DNA of 64,000 nt from contig CAJINV010000001.1 in NCBI GenBank assembly GCA_905178155.1, positions 13,971,265 to 14,035,264 on the forward strand, written 5' to 3'. Numbering within the stretch: position 1 is the first letter of the stretch; the number at the start of each line of letters is the position of its first letter. Shown in pieces: positions 61,101 through 64,000 of the stretch. A program made the translations under genes and the position numbers. Under the pieces are notes generated by a model. That model worked only from the letters and a program-made list of their open reading frames with translations, ran no database searches and was not told the origin of the DNA. This DNA comes from Amoebophrya sp. A120 (lineage: Eukaryota > Protista > Dinoflagellata).

Positions 61101-64000
61101 GCGACACACACGTGTTCGGCTGAAGTGAGCCACTCTTCCGGTTTGCCGTGAGGGCAAAGACAGCGATTGGGAAGGCATTCTGGTGTTTCATCATGCCCTT
61201 CCTCGGATTCTGGACTAGTTGCAACATCCTGCGGAGAGTGAAACCCGGCCAAGCAGTGGTTGTGGTGTCGCGAAATTTCCTCCTGAAAGAAACTTAGTGC
61301 CGGCTTGAGGAACGATCCCATGGCAGATATTCCAGGTCTAGCAATCTTGCTTTTCGCTTGGTTCGAGCCCACAGCAATGGGCGACCCACCTGCCGCAGCG
61401 GCTATTGCTGAAGCCGCATCCTTTTCTTCTATGTGGTACTTCTTGACGAAATCTTCCATGTATTTTTTTGAAAATTGTTTCTCTTTCACGGATCGCGACC
61501 GAGGACCGTGATGTCGCGAACTGCGCTCCTCAACGCCATGGAGCAACGCTCGGTGAGTTTCAGACAACGATATTCCATCAGACACGGGTGACGCTGCAGA
61601 AGTTCTTGCGCCGGTGGATTCATGTTTCGGCTCTTCGTCTTGACACTGCTTACTGAAGTGTGTATGGCAAAGTCTGCTCGTCGCACTCTCCGTTCGCCAG
61701 TACATGTTCTTTGTCTCGCAGAAACACGTGTTCGGCTCCCAGTCCCCGTCGACTTGGTGGTATCCCCACTTGTTGGTCACATCAGGAGGAACCATGTGGT
61801 AGTACTCTTGATTTTCATTTTCAGCCTGGTCCTCCGGCGCAGGATTTTTGCTCGTCTCTTGTTTCTGATTCACCAAAATTGGCATCTGCTGCTCTTGTTG
61901 CACGACCTCCCCTGATGTTCCTGCCTGCTTCTTAGTGACGAGGAAGGGATTTGCACCCGCGGCGGCAACCGCCTGGTCGTAGGTCATGCTGGTCGTGGTG
62001 TGGGTGTTGTCCATGGGTTGCGGTGCCTCCGCACAGAGTTTCGACACGACGTCATATGTGTACCCCGGTTTGCAGTCGTTCATCTTGCAACAGGTCATGC
62101 CGTTGTGCGGGCAGATGTCGTCTCCGGCCGACTGCCACTGCGTCGTGTTGCCATTCGCGCAGAAACACTGGTTCGCCTGGCACACGAAGGCTTTTCGCTG
62201 CTGACCGGTCGTGCTTGCGACGACCGGGACGTTCTTTTCCACCAACGAGTACCCCCGGTCGCAGAAGCGACAGGAAATCCCGCCGGACGCCTTGCAGCCG
62301 ATAGCCGGTTCCCCGTTCGGGCACTCGCAGGTCTTCTCCACACAGGTGTTCGTGTCCGGATCCAGCTCGTGGGTCGGCAGGCACTTCTCGCAGCTGTGCA
62401 TGCCGTAGGACTCGCACTTCGCACTGGGCACCGCGGTCCCGGAGCTGCAGATGCAGTCGTTGGGGATACACTGCCCCTTGGAAACGGACTTCCCCGGGCC
62501 GCAACTTGCGCACCTCTCCGCCCCTGCGAGAGGGCACTGTGCCCCCGTCGCTGGCGTTCCCCCCGGGTCGCTGCAGACACACACCCGGATCTCGCACACC
62601 TGCCGCTGGGTGCTGTAGTCGTAGCCGGTCAAACAGAAGTCTCTTTCCTCGTCTGGCGTGGTCGGGAGCGGGCAGCGGTACTTCTTCCACTGTTCGCACG
62701 CGCCGTGCGGGTCGCCGCTCGTCCACGACTGAAACTCCGAGGCGCTGTTCGCGCAGCTGCACTTCTGGGGTTTGCACGTGCCCATGTTTTTCACGCCCTC
62801 AACCGGCACGTAGTAGAAGCCGGCGGCGCACCGCTTGATCTGCGCCGTGCCGTCCGCGTTCAGCACGATCGGTTTGTCGCTGTAGCAGTAATTCCGGGTG
62901 GCGTTCGTGCAGATCTTCGGCGAGTCCTTCTCCACGATCAGCCGCATCACGCGCATCAACTCCAAGTCGGACACGATGCCCTTGTCCAGGTCGTCGAAGG
63001 GGAAGCGGGTCAGGTTGTACGTTGTCGTCCAGTTCCCCGGATCGGTCCCGTTGCCCGCCGCATTCTCGCAGCCGCACTCCTCCGGCTCACAGCGGCCTGA
63101 TTTCCGACTGAACACGAAGCCGCGCCGGCATTCCTCGCAGATCGTGTACGGCATTTCCGCGCTGCACTCGGACTGCGCAAAGCCCCACTTCTTGCACCTG
63201 ACAACATCCTTCTTGCACGGCATGCACATGTCCTCCTTGGTGGCCTGGTTTTTCGTCATGAAGTTGCCCGTCCTGCACTTCAAAACCACTTCCGTCTTCA
63301 GCACGTCCGGCGGGGTACTGTACCGCATGACCGGGGCCTGGCCGCCCGAGTGCCGGTAGGCGGAGTCGAAGGTCCGGTCTAATAGGCCACGAAAGCTCTC
63401 CACGTTTTCCTCGCGGTTCATGCCAATTCGCGCGAACACGTCCTCGATGAACTCGGTGTTTGCGTACCCTGGCTTGTGCATCGCTTGGATCTCCACCGTG
63501 ACGTCGACCAACCACGCGGCGTGCCCGTCCGGAAGCCCCTCGGCGGACGGGTCCTGCGCGGTCGTGGGGTCACTGCTGACGACCAAGCTGCGGATGCGTA
63601 CCATGTCCATCGTCCACAGGGAAAAAAAGCGCATGAAGGACTTTTTCAGCGTGTCCGCGTAGTGCGAGTCGACACTGCCCGCGTTCTGGGGGATGTTGAT
63701 GGTCGGGATTTTCGGCGTCTCGCCCAAGTCGTACACGGCGTAAGAATGCAAATCCGGCTGCTGGAAGGGCTTGTCGTTTGCGCCGAAATAATCCAGCCTC
63801 GCACCAGAATCCGTGCGTGCGCCGACCATCATGTTTGCGGTGGGGAAATTGCAGTCCGGGTCGGCGCTGGTCAGCATGCTGCTCTTCGCCTGGTCCATGT
63901 CCTTCGCAAAAGCGACCGAGTACGTCTGCATGTCGTTCGGCCCGCTTTCCAAGCTGATCGCCACGTACCGTGCGTCGGTCGCGATAAAGCTCCCAAAGCA
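58124..64000 (-). CDS. Large Cys-rich surface protein (>1946 aa) with ~40-aa Cys repeats, EGF-like and PAN/apple-like modules; 5' end outside window
   Basis: Repeated CxC.NG....C...G...C..C..GY units; EGF-like DPCLNVDC and DPCEQMDCGSEGYC; PAN-like CARICATDPDCVAF..C. The frame stays open to the window edge. Confidence 0.85.
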   Translation of the reverse strand, partial: CFGSFIATDARYVAISLESGPNDMQTYSVAFAKDMDQAKSSMLTSADPDCNFPTANMMVGARTDSGARLDYFGANDKPFQQPDLHSYAVYDLGETPKIPTINIPQNAGSVDSHYADTLKKSFMRFFSLWTMDMVRIRSLVVSSDPTTAQDPSAEGLPDGHAAWLVDVTVEIQAMHKPGYANTEFIEDVFARIGMNREENVESFRGLLDRTFDSAYRHSGGQAPVMRYSTPPDVLKTEVVLKCRTGNFMTKNQATKEDMCMPCKKDVVRCKKWGFAQSECSAEMPYTICEECRRGFVFSRKSGRCEPEECGCENAAGNGTDPGNWTTTYNLTRFPFDDLDKGIVSDLELMRVMRLIVEKDSPKICTNATRNYCYSDKPIVLNADGTAQIKRCAAGFYYVPVEGVKNMGTCKPQKCSCANSASEFQSWTSGDPHGACEQWKKYRCPLPTTPDEERDFCLTGYDYSTQRQVCEIRVCVCSDPGGTPATGAQCPLAGAERCASCGPGKSVSKGQCIPNDCICSSGTAVPSAKCESYGMHSCEKCLPTHELDPDTNTCVEKTCECPNGEPAIGCKASGGISCRFCDRGYSLVEKNVPVVASTTGQQRKAFVCQANQCFCANGNTTQWQSAGDDICPHNGMTCCKMNDCKPGYTYDVVSKLCAEAPQPMDNTHTTTSMTYDQAVAAAGANPFLVTKKQAGTSGEVVQQEQQMPILVNQKQETSKNPAPEDQAENENQEYYHMVPPDVTNKWGYHQVDGDWEPNTCFCETKNMYWRTESATSRLCHTHFSKQCQDEEPKHESTGARTSAASPVSDGISLSETHRALLHGVEERSSRHHGPRSRSVKEKQFSKKYMEDFVKKYHIEEKDAASAIAAAAGGSPIAVGSNQAKSKIARPGISAMGSFLKPALSFFQEEISRHHNHCLAGFHSPQDVATSPESEEGHDETPECLPNRCLCPHGKPEEWLTSAEHVCVAHGGHSCRRGLTAGKVSEFCAEGYEYVDDEGTTYSEDASLILISDDPEEVEKRKQKGEENKRTAGGSCVPTRLPPSTAEVDPAASSCQCTYEGIPAGLPSTDKHCTVPNEEKCEECFVGFRRDVQTRQCVPDTCPPGSCQEDEICRPLFSAGGFTYECQVPFVDDPCLNVDCSLTDNMGQLTEGVCEVVDATEHVCVCAARQETHAFLPTQPELYTCAQGKNDCAPGWTGQVDLALQSPACSLSVCGDECGDRGTCVGGTKSEPQCECHDPRRQGLPGDCRACKSGFNRVALHLSSVEGEETDVCVDPCEQMDCGSEGYCESESASGDVAAVDRAYVGVCVSPKRPAALAKPEPTSASPSEDVVARESLSHLSSSSVDCGTSPDWVGIGTTPSRGRSTCARVVKSLFPVDQRRADRICREEYDAVLATPAEEKILLSVGEAAAKWETQRRGFACARSNPTEKTALENKASEVVTLESLALEMRLSSEDLGQAELENATRRNREARETLKDITHNPSVQDVIVAAVTSCISDTVVAGAGWRQSQSSAEDTESGSTDASSDVYIDGPSVGNPENFDAYCDANVRMTLGEAERACSDGESNCVMLHDAGCVQEERSSSLAREPVWSLCSTIPPRSHHAGQELHGCTKIKVKRKDVIARRNDAVATWIEASEERESRTKPIPATPGTTSFRHSVGNCGRKRDDGHGFLPITDFQLQHLTEGETDLKKSLDERIGNCARICATDPDCVAFDLGMLVQKNGGSSDDAAKCLFFGEQKQNRASEGESAASQTTSVLARSISTRTSLIRHTIAGDARDQRRLCLVETGRWQAVAAVEDENANLNGQEQSKHRNGLQLWLSRKQIAGTATSGRGRKAGKIKASNPFSVARGSSHADLATAAIKQSRWRKECSTSTRELSAVKLLYRIRRDLLHGDVLSPALAHRLRLEHVTRSRSSRRGSSSSTGKQRPAIVQTRGAAATAKKQTHDPYGRVCGVDPGAEC

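Overview
Eukaryotic (alveolate) genomic DNA in which every supportable gene lies on the minus strand. Gene style and intron types point to a syndinian dinoflagellate such as Amoebophrya; this is inferred, not proven. Recognisable genes: GtaA-like glutaminase (apparently truncated), PNO1/Dim2, SPB1/FTSJ3, protein phosphatase inhibitor-2, dynein light intermediate chain, a CFAP52-like WD40 protein, a DENN-domain protein, CFAP20DC/C3orf67 and a large Cys-rich EGF/PAN surface protein cut by the window edge, plus several orphan genes. The main signal is a set of transposon-like non-canonical introns (introners). Six intact copies from four sequence families (251-2290 bp) interrupt SPB1 (3), the WD40 gene (2) and CFAP20DC (1). 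All have TATC...GATA ends, 23-36 bp terminal inverted repeats matching TATC-N6-AAAA, and an exact 5-bp target-site duplication. Removing the element plus one duplicated copy restores the conserved reading frame each time, and no placement gives GT-AG or GC-AG ends. One family occurs in both orientations relative to transcription. Two eroded copies are present, one of which can be read as a GT-AG intron. An unrelated 776-bp MITE with a 6-bp duplication is intergenic. All gene models were assembled by eye.
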